NCBI GenBank assembly: GCA_905178155.1
Contig: CAJINV010000003.1
Span: 6,508,570-6,572,569 of the forward strand
DNA: 64,000 nt
Reading direction: 5' to 3'
Source of the DNA: Amoebophrya sp. A120
Lineage: Eukaryota; Protista; Dinoflagellata
The translations under genes were made by a program, and so were the position numbers. This document shows positions 34,201-46,200 of this stretch, piece by piece. How positions within the stretch are numbered: position 1 is the first letter of the stretch; the number at the start of each line of letters is the position of its first letter. Below the pieces are notes generated by a model. That model was not told the DNA's origin. It ran no database searches and saw nothing but the letters and a program-made list of their open reading frames with translations.

Positions 34201-37200
34201 CTTGCAATGCAAAGATCATAAGGGGAAACATGTGTGTTGCGCTGCTTGATGCAAGCATTTCCGGCAGGACAAAACTTGTCTATCTTGCTGCGTTTGCAAC
34301 ACAGTGTGTAACTGTAACGTTTTTCTCTGTGCATTTTTCGCGCATACGGGGGAGCAGACGATCAGCTGGCGGCCGAGCGCGACGCGGTGGTGGACGGGAT
34401 TCGGGAAAGACTGGAGGCGAGGTTCCAAATATCCTGAGTAAAAAATAAGTCCCTGCTCCACAGTCAAGATGGAAAATCTGAGACACAAGCGCAGATGCTG
34501 TGGAAGTCACGCATGACTACAAGGTTAGCTAGGCGGTGCCATCGTGCCTAGGTGCTAGTGCAGATGACGCGTTGTAATGGAGTCACCCTGGTTAATATTC
34601 CGATGAACGCATGAAAAAGTTGCAAACGCGGCAGGAAAATGCCTCTCGCGGAGAGCCGCATGAGAAACACCCTCCGCATGCAGACTTTTTGTAGAACATA
34701 AAGATTTTTTCGATGAGGTGCTGTCGGGGAAGCATGGCTCTTTAATATAGGGCAGGGATGTTTTTATTTAGGATGCTGCAGGGACGACCGGCGTAGTAGA
34801 GCCGAAATCCAGGCACTTGACCGCCATTATGCGCGGAGTCCGGGTTGTTGTGACGACGTGTGGGCACTTCCAGCCGCGGTTCGTGGAGTAGCTTTGCTCG
34901 CGAGTGCCACATTGCTCGGCGCGCCAATTTGGCTGGGAGCCGTGCTGCTTGAACCCCCGGTATCTGTCCTCTTCGGTCTAGGGCTATCAAATGCAAAAGT
35001 GTCTGGGTCTGGAAGATTGCCAGGTTTGTCATGCATATTTTGCATGGCCCATGATGCCTGTAGTGCATGACTTAGCACCACAGATTTTTGGAAGGCTTCC
35101 TGATGCCTATTCCGCATGACAAATTCCTGATGCCTATCCCGTCGAAGTCGTTCGGACTAGGTTTATTACCAAAGTGGCGCCAGGGTTGTTATTTTAAAGA
35201 CTGCGCTAAGGCAGCACCCCCCCTTCCCCAAGGGGCCCCCCGGGGCGGGCGCGGTGGCGGCTCTGCTAACGCGGAGCTCCAAAGTCCGACTCTACCTATG
35301 CGCATAAAAAGGGTGCGCGGAAGCAGGTCGGTAAGGTGCTTGAAAGGGGCATGCTTTGGGGTTGCCCGCCATCGTGATAGGGTCAACGTGTGTGACCAAT
35401 AGGCCCCCAGTATATCATAGCGCGCAACCGACCACAAAAGCAGTAGCGTTTAACGTTTGTAAGAATAACCCCGCAAGGCAACACTGGAGCTCCACCTTGC
35501 TCGCGGGCTTGGATGGTAAATCAGGTCAGCCACATCTAACGCCCACTGGCCGTATACACGCGTAAGAAATCGGAAACGGTTCAGCGGATGCGGTCGGGTG
35601 GTACCTGTAGGACGTGGAACGGGTGTCCACCTAGGGGTATTGGCAGAGGCTAAATCTGTTCTAACGCCACGGCATTGGCAGAGGCTAAATCTGTTCTAAC
35701 GCCACCCTGACAGGAGTCAAATGTCAAAACGATACGATACGATACTCGTAGCACAATCTGGCCTCCTCTTGCTGGTCATGCAATACAACATTTTGGAATC
35801 CAAAGACAGCATGACAAGTTTGGATCCTTCCAGACCCAGACATATTTGCATTTCATAAGGGCGAGCGACTTGCAATCGATGTTCCACGCTGGACTACAGA
35901 CACTCTGCCAAGCCGCCCATTGTCGATCCCGCGTCTTGGCTAGCAGGCGAAAGCGATCTTATGGAAGGTGAAGAGACCAATGCTGAGGAGTCGGACGCCG
36001 AGGGTGAAGAAAAACTCGATGACCATTTGCGCGTTGTCGGGAACTTGGAAATGATGCGATGGCTGGACTTTTTGCGGCAGCTCTCTTGGCTTGCAAACCA
36101 CGCGGTGCCCCAGGATTTGTACCACGAACACGCAGTCAATTCAATGCAGAACGCAGTGCACGCTGCCAGCTCTATGTTGGGCGGCGTTGTGCGCCAGTTC
36201 TCCGGAGCCGCCTCCAGCGCGGGAGGTTCACAGCCGCGGGCGATGGGCGGCGCAATGGCCCCGCGAGTGCACAACGGCCTGGTACTCCGGCGCCGTCAGA
36301 GGAACAAAAGGTTCACCATTGCGAGTTTTCCACAAGACACGCAAACTGAGCAACAGCAGGCCGGGCGCGCGAGTGCAAACGACATTCGGAATCCGACCCT
36401 TGCCGACCAATATTACGATCCTGAGTTGTATGTGCAGACGATGATGGATGGACGCAGCAGCCACCGCAGCTACTTCACAAACGACGAGGAGAAGAAGCTG
36501 CGCGACGTCGTAAACCCTGAAGGTGCGGCGTGGGGACCATGGCTCACGACCTTGACGGACGACCGTTTTTTTCGGAACGAGTTTTTCATATCATTTGGAA
36601 GAATTGCAATTTCCCGTGGCTGCACCACCCAATCAAACAGCTATAAATACGGGATTTAGATTATCTGCGTACGTCGACGCGCGCCAATGAAAATGAACAC
36701 TAGGAGATGCTTGTTTTTGTTCCTTTCGAAAAAAGTTTAAGTAGATGGAGATTGTTCGCGCAGCGAACACGCTCCTTTCTCACGAAGTAAGTAGAGAGGC
36801 ACGACGTGCAGGCTAAGCACAATGAGGGGCCGCGTTTTTTCACATGGATATGTCAAAAAACGCGCGACGCTTGCGTATTGGGGGGTGCCTTTTGGTGCAG
36901 TTTGATACTTCAACAGCGAGGACCACTGGAGTGATCTGTTGCAAAGCCTGATGCGACTACCGGAGAGTACCAATGCCGAAAAGCACTTTGCGCTCCTGAG
37001 TCCCTTGGCCTTTCTCCACTACGAAAATCGCCGTTTGGGAAACGATATGCAAAAATGCAAACATATCTGGATCTTCATGTGAGAAAGTAAAGGCGTGTCG
37101 TAATACTGTCGTCCTGAGCGTGATACAAACATAGGTGCGACACATGGCCCACAGACACAAAGTATTTAATATTTTGCCGCTCCTTGCTTTCATCTGTCGG

Positions 37201-40200
37201 CGTTAGGCTTGGGCACCATCTTTACACATTGAATTTTGCCTGTGCGCAGAGGCCACATTTTTAGGACTTGGTAACTAGACTGAGGTGCCGCCCATGCTGT
37301 TTGGTCTGATGGATGTTTACGCGCGTAAGCGGTCTCGACGAATTGGTTGGACATACTGTGTGGCTCAGCCGCTGGAGGCGGCGAGTCGGTCGAGAACCTT
37401 ACGCGGCCGCAGGTGACTGAGATTGGCACGACCGTCGTCGAGCCGGGAGGGATGCCGTATAGGCCTCCTGTCCCTATTCTCTTGGTCTCTTTCTGCCCAC
37501 CCTGACTCTGACCCCTTCTAGGGCCAGACACGTCTTGGCCTCCAATGAGGCGTCAGGAGTCTTTCTGTACGGTCTTAGTCTTGCCACGGCACGTGTGCAC
37601 GCATCCTGACTACAACGCACCACCGCCCTTCCAAGAGTATAGTCTAGCTCACACCAGAGCCGAAGGCTATGTGTGCTCTAGGGGTGAGGCCCACTGCCCG
37701 CCCCGCCACTTCTGAAGGACGCTCGCGGTGCGTTTCAGCGTTAGGGTGTGTGCTCGCGCACCACCAAACGGCGACCCAGCTCCCCTTCGGGGGTGGGGGC
37801 CGCTGTAGGCATCCATCGGTCCGTGAACGGACGAAGACCATACAGTATGGGCATTGGCACCTGCATAATAGTTAACCCTCTGCGCAGTATTCCGCGCAGG
37901 ATAGATGATGATGATGATGATGATGATCCTGTGGACGCCAGCCGTTACTCACTTCCCAACAGAGGTAGTGCGTTTGCATGGCATAGGCGAGCTGCAGCTC
38001 GAAGAGTGGGAGGGGGATATGCTCGGCAAGGGCATGAAGTTTCACGTGCCACTGCAGCTCGTTGTGGAGTACGAAAACCTGCTGCACGCAATCCCGAAGT
38101 ATCCAGGAACGGATGGGTGGATGTATTCCCTTATCACAGAGGAAAAGCTAACATACTTACTATCTATTTCCGCGAGCAATGAAATAATAACGCATTAATT
38201 CTTTGTGTTTGTCAGAGAGGACGAGGAGGGCCAGGCCGCCATGCCGTAGGATAAATTGAATAACACGCTGTTTCTTTCAGCTTCGCAAGACAGAGTTGTT
38301 TTCATTTTTGCATATCCACCCTCGTGTAGCCTACAAGTGACGCTCTCGCTGTTCACCTGCAGGGGTTCTGGGTCCCTCAACATTACATTGACCTACTTAT
38401 TTACCTGGTGGATGTTGGCGGAGGTCCATGCTCTGTCAGTTAAGTGTGTATTTTATTTCATGTTTACATTACGTGTTGCCATCAACATCTTCAAGTAATA
38501 TGTACGCGCTTTTTTCTCTGGGATATCCCGCGCCGATCGCAGATTCATAGAGGGGTAGTTAAGTCTAGACTTTTCCGTTCCTAGAAAAATTGCCGCCGTC
38601 CGTCTATCGATTGTCTCTGCGTTTTTTGTTGCCGGTCGAGCACCACGATCATTTACTACTTGTTGGTTTTTTTTTTCCAAGAAAAAGGTCGCTCGTACCA
38701 GGGCCTTGAACCATTGACGCCAAGCCCAGGCACGAGAGAAAGAAAGAAAGAAAAAGGTTGCTCGGATCAATTTGATACATACAACAAGTTGTATGCTTTG
38801 GCTTTGCAGATCTGCATCTTGGAAGAGCTGCCTTGTCATCTTGCGAGCACCCTGAGCACGAAAATGATCTATGATGTATGTATGTATACATAGGAAGAAT
38901 TTGAAGTGAATGTTGTCGCTTAGATGTGATCATATGAATCAATAATAATTTAATCTGATGCATGATGTCAGGAAAGGGAAAGGCAAAAGCTGCACTCAGG
39001 AACGTGTGCAATACCATTTTTGAATTCGCAATTATATTTCAGACTTGACCAATTGAATGCCAGACTGAATTTCTTTCTCCAACCATTTGCAGGCAGGAGC
39101 ATCCGGATTTGCTTCCCGTTCCGTCCGGAAAGGCGGCTGCAATGGCGTTGAATTTCTATCTGAATTTGGGCAACAAGAGGTTGTATCAAATGTAAAAATG
39201 AAAATGTCTGGGTCTGGAAGAATGCATGCATATTTCTCATGACCCATAATGCCTGTAATGCTTGAACTAGCATCGCAGACTTTTAGAGGGCTTCCTGATG
39301 CACCTTCCGCATGAGAAATGGCCCGTCTGTGTAGCAAAAACTGTACCCATTTTGCTGGTCATGCAATACAATTTTTTTTAGAGTCCAAAAACAGCATGAC
39401 AAGTTCCAATCTTCCAGACCCAGACATTTGTACATTTGATAGGCTGGTAGAGAATGTGATGCTGCAGTTTATCCGCCGAGAGGAAACCGGTTCTCGGGAC
39501 GATCGAAGGGTAAGCCGAGAGCTGATCACCGCCCGGCAGACCCACCTGAACAACCCCTACGCTGGCGGCCGCACGGAGAAAGTGCATACTAAGTTCATTC
39601 TACGGGGCGTGATGGGGTTTCAGGCCATCAAGCAGGCTTTAGCGACGCCGATGCTGGAAGGCATCTTCGAGCAGTTTGACCAAATGATGACACAGATAGA
39701 CTCGCGCACCCGTGAGGACCAGGGACGAAGGAGAAGAGCCAAAACCGTTGAGGAACAGCTGCGCCACCGTGGTTGGTACTGTCCCATCACACAGGAGATC
39801 ATGCAGGATCCAGTGGTTCTCCAAGTTGATTTAGAGTCACTGGGTGCCCAGCTAGTTCCTTCGATGGTTGGGCGCGTTGTGCAGGGCGGGAGCACCGTTG
39901 CTACGGGTATGGCGCGATGGTGGTCGGCCCGCCGGGACGCACCTGACGAACCGACAAGGGAGTTGGAGGACCAAGAAGAGCTGGAGGACCAGCAGGAGGC
40001 TGGCAACGTCGAGCAGCCATCGTCCCGGCCGGGTGACGGTTCTGAGGACGACCGCCGGAACTTACCGGAGGTTGAAGCCCTCTACGTGTCCGTGCGCCCT
40101 GGCAAGCTCCGCTATCCAGCAGTTCACGACAATAATGTTTCCTGCCCAGAGAAGGCAGCAAATTCATCTGAGAGGGTGTTGATGTAGTCGGTGCGAAGTT

Positions 40201-43200
40201 CTTTCTATTTGGTTTTAGAACTATATGTTGCACTTTCACATGCGTTCTCTTACGTACGTGGTATAAGTAGATAGTACACAGGCTAGCGCGAGACACGCTT
40301 TAGACGTGTTTTGAGGTCTTCCAGGCCTACCATGCAAGCAGAAAGCGCCCTCCGTTATAGACAGGCGCACAAATAAGACGGCAGTCGGACCAAATCAATG
40401 TAACACAGTAGCCGTTGCAATTGCTACTTCGGCGCGACGTCGACAGGGGCCGAGTCGTATAATCGAACTTTTATCTGCATATTTGCATGCTCCTGTCCCT
40501 GGCAATGGCAAGTTTGCATGCTGCGTCGCCTCGGCATCACTGCTCAGATAAAAACCGCAATAGCCAACCGAGACCTCGGGCGGGGAACGATTTTCATACG
40601 ATAGCCTCCCCAACTACATCCAGGAGGGTGCGGACATGTGGATTCCGCGGCAGCCACACAAACATGTCTTCGAGAGGCACGCCATTGAAACCCACCTGAG
40701 AGCGTATAGATACGATGCTTATATTTACTTAGTTCGCTGCTGTTCTTCTTTTTCACAACTATTGTCAACCCGCTCGTCGTGTTCTCCAGGTGTTTGTAGA
40801 CTTTAAGTCAGCTGCATCAACGAAGAAATCCAGTTGTTATTAAAGTACACTTCTTTGTCCGATCTGGAGCTCTACCAGCGGAAACAGAGGGTTCTGCGCC
40901 TACTTGAAGAGAGAGCATCGTCCTCGAGCTTGTATTCCTATCTAGAACGGGCGGTCGCTCCGCGCCCGCCGGCCCGGCGACGGGGGGGTGCAAGGGGGAG
41001 AGAGGGGAAAAAAGCGTGGCCGCCAGAGGCCAGCGATGCATGTTGAAACTGTGTTGGCGCGATAAGCGAAAAAGAGAAACGGTCTTCCTCCCTCGGCGGG
41101 AGCGAAAGAAGCGTGCGTAGGTAGAGTCAAGACCGCTACGCGCGAGGAGCGGTAGGGGGCACAGAGCGCAGCCGCTTTCCAAGCGTCCACAAACAGGCGC
41201 GGCGGAGAGCGTGCGCAGACCCTTTTTAAAGGCGCGGGAGGCTAGCCACAGGAGGCAGACCGAAAAGAGCGCGCCGACGGCCGAAAGACGAGAAAATCGG
41301 CCGGCACCAACCAAAGACAGCCCGAAAAAAAGGTAAGTAGGCGAAAGGAAGCCCGCGCCCGGGGGTGAGGCAAAAAGCCCCGGAAACGGAAGGGGAAGTG
41401 CCCGAACAGGCCGAAGGGGCGAGCCATAATGTAAAGAAATTAGCCGGAAACACGCCCGGCGGCCCAAAGAACATGGGGCAAAATCAGGCAGCCCCGGCGA
41501 GGCCGAAGAGTCCGCGGCCGGCAGTGGGCACGCGACGAAGCCCGGCCTGCAGAGCCACAGGCGGCAGGGAAAGGCGCAAACTGCCGCCACCCCTCGCAAC
41601 AGGGGGCGAATGGCAAAGGGCGCCAGAATGCAGCATCACTTCGGCCTGGGGCAGCCAATCGGCAGCCGCCACCCAGACAGACATCTGAGAGGGTTCGGCT
41701 AGGGGAGACCACAGCCCCAAGCCCCCTGCCCGAGGCTCCTCGACAGGCGGCCCGGGCGAGCTTTTGCATGCTGGTCTAGTGTGCTTCCGTCGGGGTTTCT
41801 CGCTCCGGCTGCGTTAACGGGTTTTCTCACTAGTGTTTCCGCTTTCCCCAAAGTCGGTTTTTTTGTCACTAGTGGCTCCACTAGTGAGTGCCTTCACTAG
41901 TGGCGCCTGTCACTAGTACCTCTCGCGCTTTTTTGTCACGCTAAAATCACTAGCAGAATTTCTACTAGTAGCCGTTTTTCTGCTAGCACGATTCTACTAG
42001 CAGGATTCCTACTAGCACCTCGCACCCCCCCGTCCGCCAGAATTTTTCCAATAGTATTATAGATAATAGTAAGAGAGAGCATCGTCCTCGAGCTTGTATT
42101 CCTAGTACAAGCGTCGCGCTTAAAGCTTGCCAGGCTGTTAAGATATCGGGCGTGTAAGTTCAAAATAAGTGGCGCGTAAGCTACTCGTGAAAAGTCTGAA
42201 AGCCTGGGAGTTTTGGAGTTGAGGCAACTGCCTCAACTCCCGTGTCTTTGTGCGCGACAAATACTTGTCGCAATTTGAGGACGCCGGATTGTCATATTCC
42301 GGCGGGCGGTGCTCGCAAAATCGATTTTGTGAGTACCCGTGGACAGATTCGATTTTGTGCGCCCCCCTCGGGCACGCATCTCGAAGATGCCTCATCCTCG
42401 GGCGGGGCCACAATAACCTCGGAGGGGCGCCAACTTTGTGCCTGATCGATGCCTGGGACGTCCGGCCTTTGGACTGATCGGCACTTCCGAAAAGTCGATT
42501 TTTCCGGCTTCCGGAAAGTCCGTACTTTCCGGAAATTCCAAAAGCTCTGGATTTTCCGAAAAGGCCGGACTTTCCGGAAATCTTGCGAAAAGTTCGGATT
42601 TTCCAGCACTGCGAAAAATCGATTTTTCCGGCTTCCGGAAAATCCGATCTTTCCGGAAATTCCAAAAAGTCCGGACTTTCCGGAAATGTTGCGAAAGGTC
42701 CGGATTTTCCGGAAGTCGGAAAATCGATTTTTGCGGCTTCCGGAAAATCCGGATTTTCCGGAAATTCCAAAAAGTCCGGACTTCCCGAAAAGTCCGGACT
42801 TTCCGGAAATCTTCCGAAGAGTCCGGGTTTTCCGGCACTTACGAAAAATCGATTTTTCCGGCTTCCGGAAAATCCGGACTTTCCGGAAATTCCAAAAAGT
42901 CCGGACTTTCCGGAAATCTTCCGAAAAGTCTGGATTTTTCGGAAGTCGGAAAATCGATTTTTCCGGCTTCCGGAAAATCCGGACTGTCCGGAAATTCCAA
43001 AAAGTCAGGACTTTCTGAAAAGTCCAGCCCGGCGGATTGCGTGGCGCACGACCTCGATCTTGAGCCACGCAGCCGCTCGATTCTCTCGGACCTGGGAAGC
43101 TGCAAAATCGATTTTGTGTGGCCGGAAGGTTGCGTGGCCTACAGCAGCGATTTTGTGGCCGGTAGGGTTGGCGGCCTCCTGCGCGATCCACAAAATCGCG

Positions 43201-46200
43201 CCTGTGGTCGGCGCAAAATCGATTTTGTGTTGTGGAAGGGTTGCGCGACGCACAAAATCGATTTTGTGGAAGGTAGGGCGAAAGAGTGCGATCCCCTGGC
43301 CTGCGCGGTATACTAGTTCAATTTTTCGCGATCTAGGGGGCTTGCGAAATCGATTCTGTGTGCCTGGGGAATTGCGCCGCCAACTTTGTGCGGCCTGGGG
43401 GGGGCTGCAGCCTGGATTTTGTGTGCCTGGGAGATCTTCAAACTTGGGATCTGAGAGAGCATCGTCCTCGAGCTTGTATTCCTATGACATGCGTATGGCG
43501 ATGGCAGAAACTTTTTGCTCCAAAACTTTTTTTTTTTGGGCATGCAATTCATTCATCATGAAAACTAGACACATGCTGGGCGGTGAATATTCCGCGCCTG
43601 AGCAGGGCGGCTTTTTCTGTAGGCTGAGCTAGCTAGTCTGAATGCAGGGACAAGGTGGGCCGGCCCGTCGGCTGCGTCACGGATTCGTCCTGAGCCCTTT
43701 GGCCTCGAGGTGCGTGACAGCTAGGCTCCCTGCCGCGGCCTTGGCGTGTCGAGAAGCAGTTCAGGGTATGGCAGCGCAATGCTGACTGTTCGCACAAGGG
43801 CGGCAATCTCAAACGAGAATGGCCAGGGGGCCTGGCGCGCCATAGCTTCCAAAGTACTCTGCGAGGCACAGAAGGTGTAGGCGTACAGAGCCAGTAAAGT
43901 CGTCCACTTTATTCCGGGCCCGATTGTGTAACGCCCGTCCTTGCCAGGTTCGCGTGATCAGTTTCCCTGACATTGCTTTTGAAAAGCTGCAAACTTGCGG
44001 AAGCAAAAAGAGGGCTCGGGCCCCCCCTTGAGGGGGGGGGGTTTGGGGGACCCCCCTTCGTGGAGATACCAATGGGGAGTACCCTTCTGAGAAGACCCAA
44101 AAAGGGGGGGGGGTTGGGGGACCCTCTGGGGGACCCCCTGGGGGCTTTTGCTTGCTTCCGGAGACACAGGATTCTTTTGCTCTTTGCAAAGCAACCGGGG
44201 ATGAAAAGGGCTGGCCCGAGACCAAAACCCGACGTCGCGGCGTATCCGCGGCGGCTAAGTCGTCGGCGCCGTCGCGCTTACCTTTCAATTGTTTGACAGC
44301 CGAGCGTGACCACATTTTTTGCCTGCCGGGGCACGGGCCGGCTTTTTGCCACGGACCGCGGCACAAACGGCCACGGCTTGGTTGCGTATTTCTTGTCTTC
44401 GACCAGCGCCATCCCATGCGATGGCTATCCGGCTCCTGCGCATGCCGTCACGGACCAATTCCTACTGTTCGCGCTGGGTGATTCGCATGCCCCCAAAAAA
44501 AAAAGTTAAGAGAGAGCATCGTCCTCGAGCTTGTATTCCTAGTACAAGCGTCGCGCCCGATTCTTTTACACAGGTCCGACATCCATCCCATGACACGGTC
44601 CCGCTTACGCGGGAGGGAGAAGGACTTGATTTCCTTCGAGGCACTGCAGACCGAAATCAAGTACGTTGTGAAAACAGCGTATTTCGGCGAAGGAGCCGAT
44701 CTCCAGGTGCTGCTCGGTGATCTTTTTGCGAAGGCGGTGAAGATATCAAATGCAAAAATGTCGGGGTCTGGAAGAATGCAACCTTTGGACTCTACAAGCA
44801 TCTGTCTTGCATGATGAGCAACAGGAGGAGTCTAGGTTTTACTATGTGGAAATGGCGTTTCTCTGCATGCGGAATAGGCATGAAGTCGCCTCAAAAAATC
44901 AGTGATGCTGTGACATGCATCACAGACATCATGGGTCATGCAAAATGTGCATGACAAACCTCGCATCCTTCCAGACCCAGACATACTTATTTGCATTTCA
45001 TAGAAGAAGGACCCAGCACGAGGGATCTTAGCTACACCCAGCGGTGCGTCGTCATCGAGTGCGGGCAGAAGTACCAGCCGCATCGGTCGCAGCGCGACAG
45101 GAAGCCTACAGTTCCCGCAGACGCCCGGCACGCAGTCGCGGCCGATGAGGCCGGACCAGCTCCACGGTCGCCACGAGTTTTTAGCCGCTATGGTGGTGGG
45201 TCTTGGGCACCTGGCGTCTCCGTGGAAGACAAGTCCGGCGCGGCGCTCGCCCGCCCGCCAGACCCGCAATGCGACCTTGGCAGCACCAGCGACTGCGCCT
45301 GCGCAGCAGACCATGTGGTCCGTTGGGGAAATAAACATCGGAGGAGAACAAGAACACAGGGGCGGAAATGTTGGCCGGTTGCTTAGCGCAGAGCCCTACC
45401 TCGGCACGGCTGCGGACAAGGCGCAGCAAATGCTGGAGCGGAGTTACAGTGACGAAAAGCGACAGTCTATCCTGACTAAAAACGTCCCCCGCCAGAGTTG
45501 TAATGCAGATTTGCAAAGACAGGAACACTTGTAATGCGCATCCCCATGAGAGCCACTTCCATTCGCGTTTTGGAATTTGTGATGCTGTGAACAGGATGAG
45601 CAGATGAATCTGTGATGCGGCTACACTTGCTAACCTGCACTACACTGCGGAGTGCAACTTGTCATGCGCGACTCCCAAAACTCCTAGGTTTGTGTTGCAA
45701 AGTCCCCATATTGACTATGGGGCGGGGACGTTTTTACATAGGATACAGTCAGTACTGGATACGCTACCGTCGTTGGAGCACATTTGGTGCTGCCACGGGA
45801 ACAGAAACTGCGGGGAACGGATGTACGACTGCTGCCAAGGGTGCGGCGAGAGTTGCCACTCCCTGGGACAGAGCTGGGACAAGGCAAAAGAGGTCTTCGA
45901 ACAGGTGAACAGCCACGAAACCAAGAGTCGTCCCGTAGGTCCCCTGGACTTCATCGATATGGCGCTGCATCACAAGCCCCCGTCCAATACCGAGACCGCC
46001 GAGGGGTCGTCCTCGTCGCGTTCGTGGTGGCACCATACGTACCGCGCGCGCGAGGCTGCGCAGGAAAATTATTTGCAGGTCCTCCAGGCCGCACGGACAG
46101 CGCTCCCGCGAGGGCGAGAATCCCGGGAGGCTCTGGAAATGATAGACGAGCTCGAAACCCTTTTCAACCAAATGCCTGGAAACTTTTACATGCATTTCCA

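Noticed and set aside
42138-43632. Long repetitive ORFs (KSGLSGN / FPENPDF)
   Set aside because: Open in several frames on both strands, which is a by-product of stop-free palindromic repeats.
40909-44556. CRISPR array interpretation of the 32-bp repeats
   Set aside because: Spacers are over 1 kb, no cas genes are present, and the context is eukaryotic.
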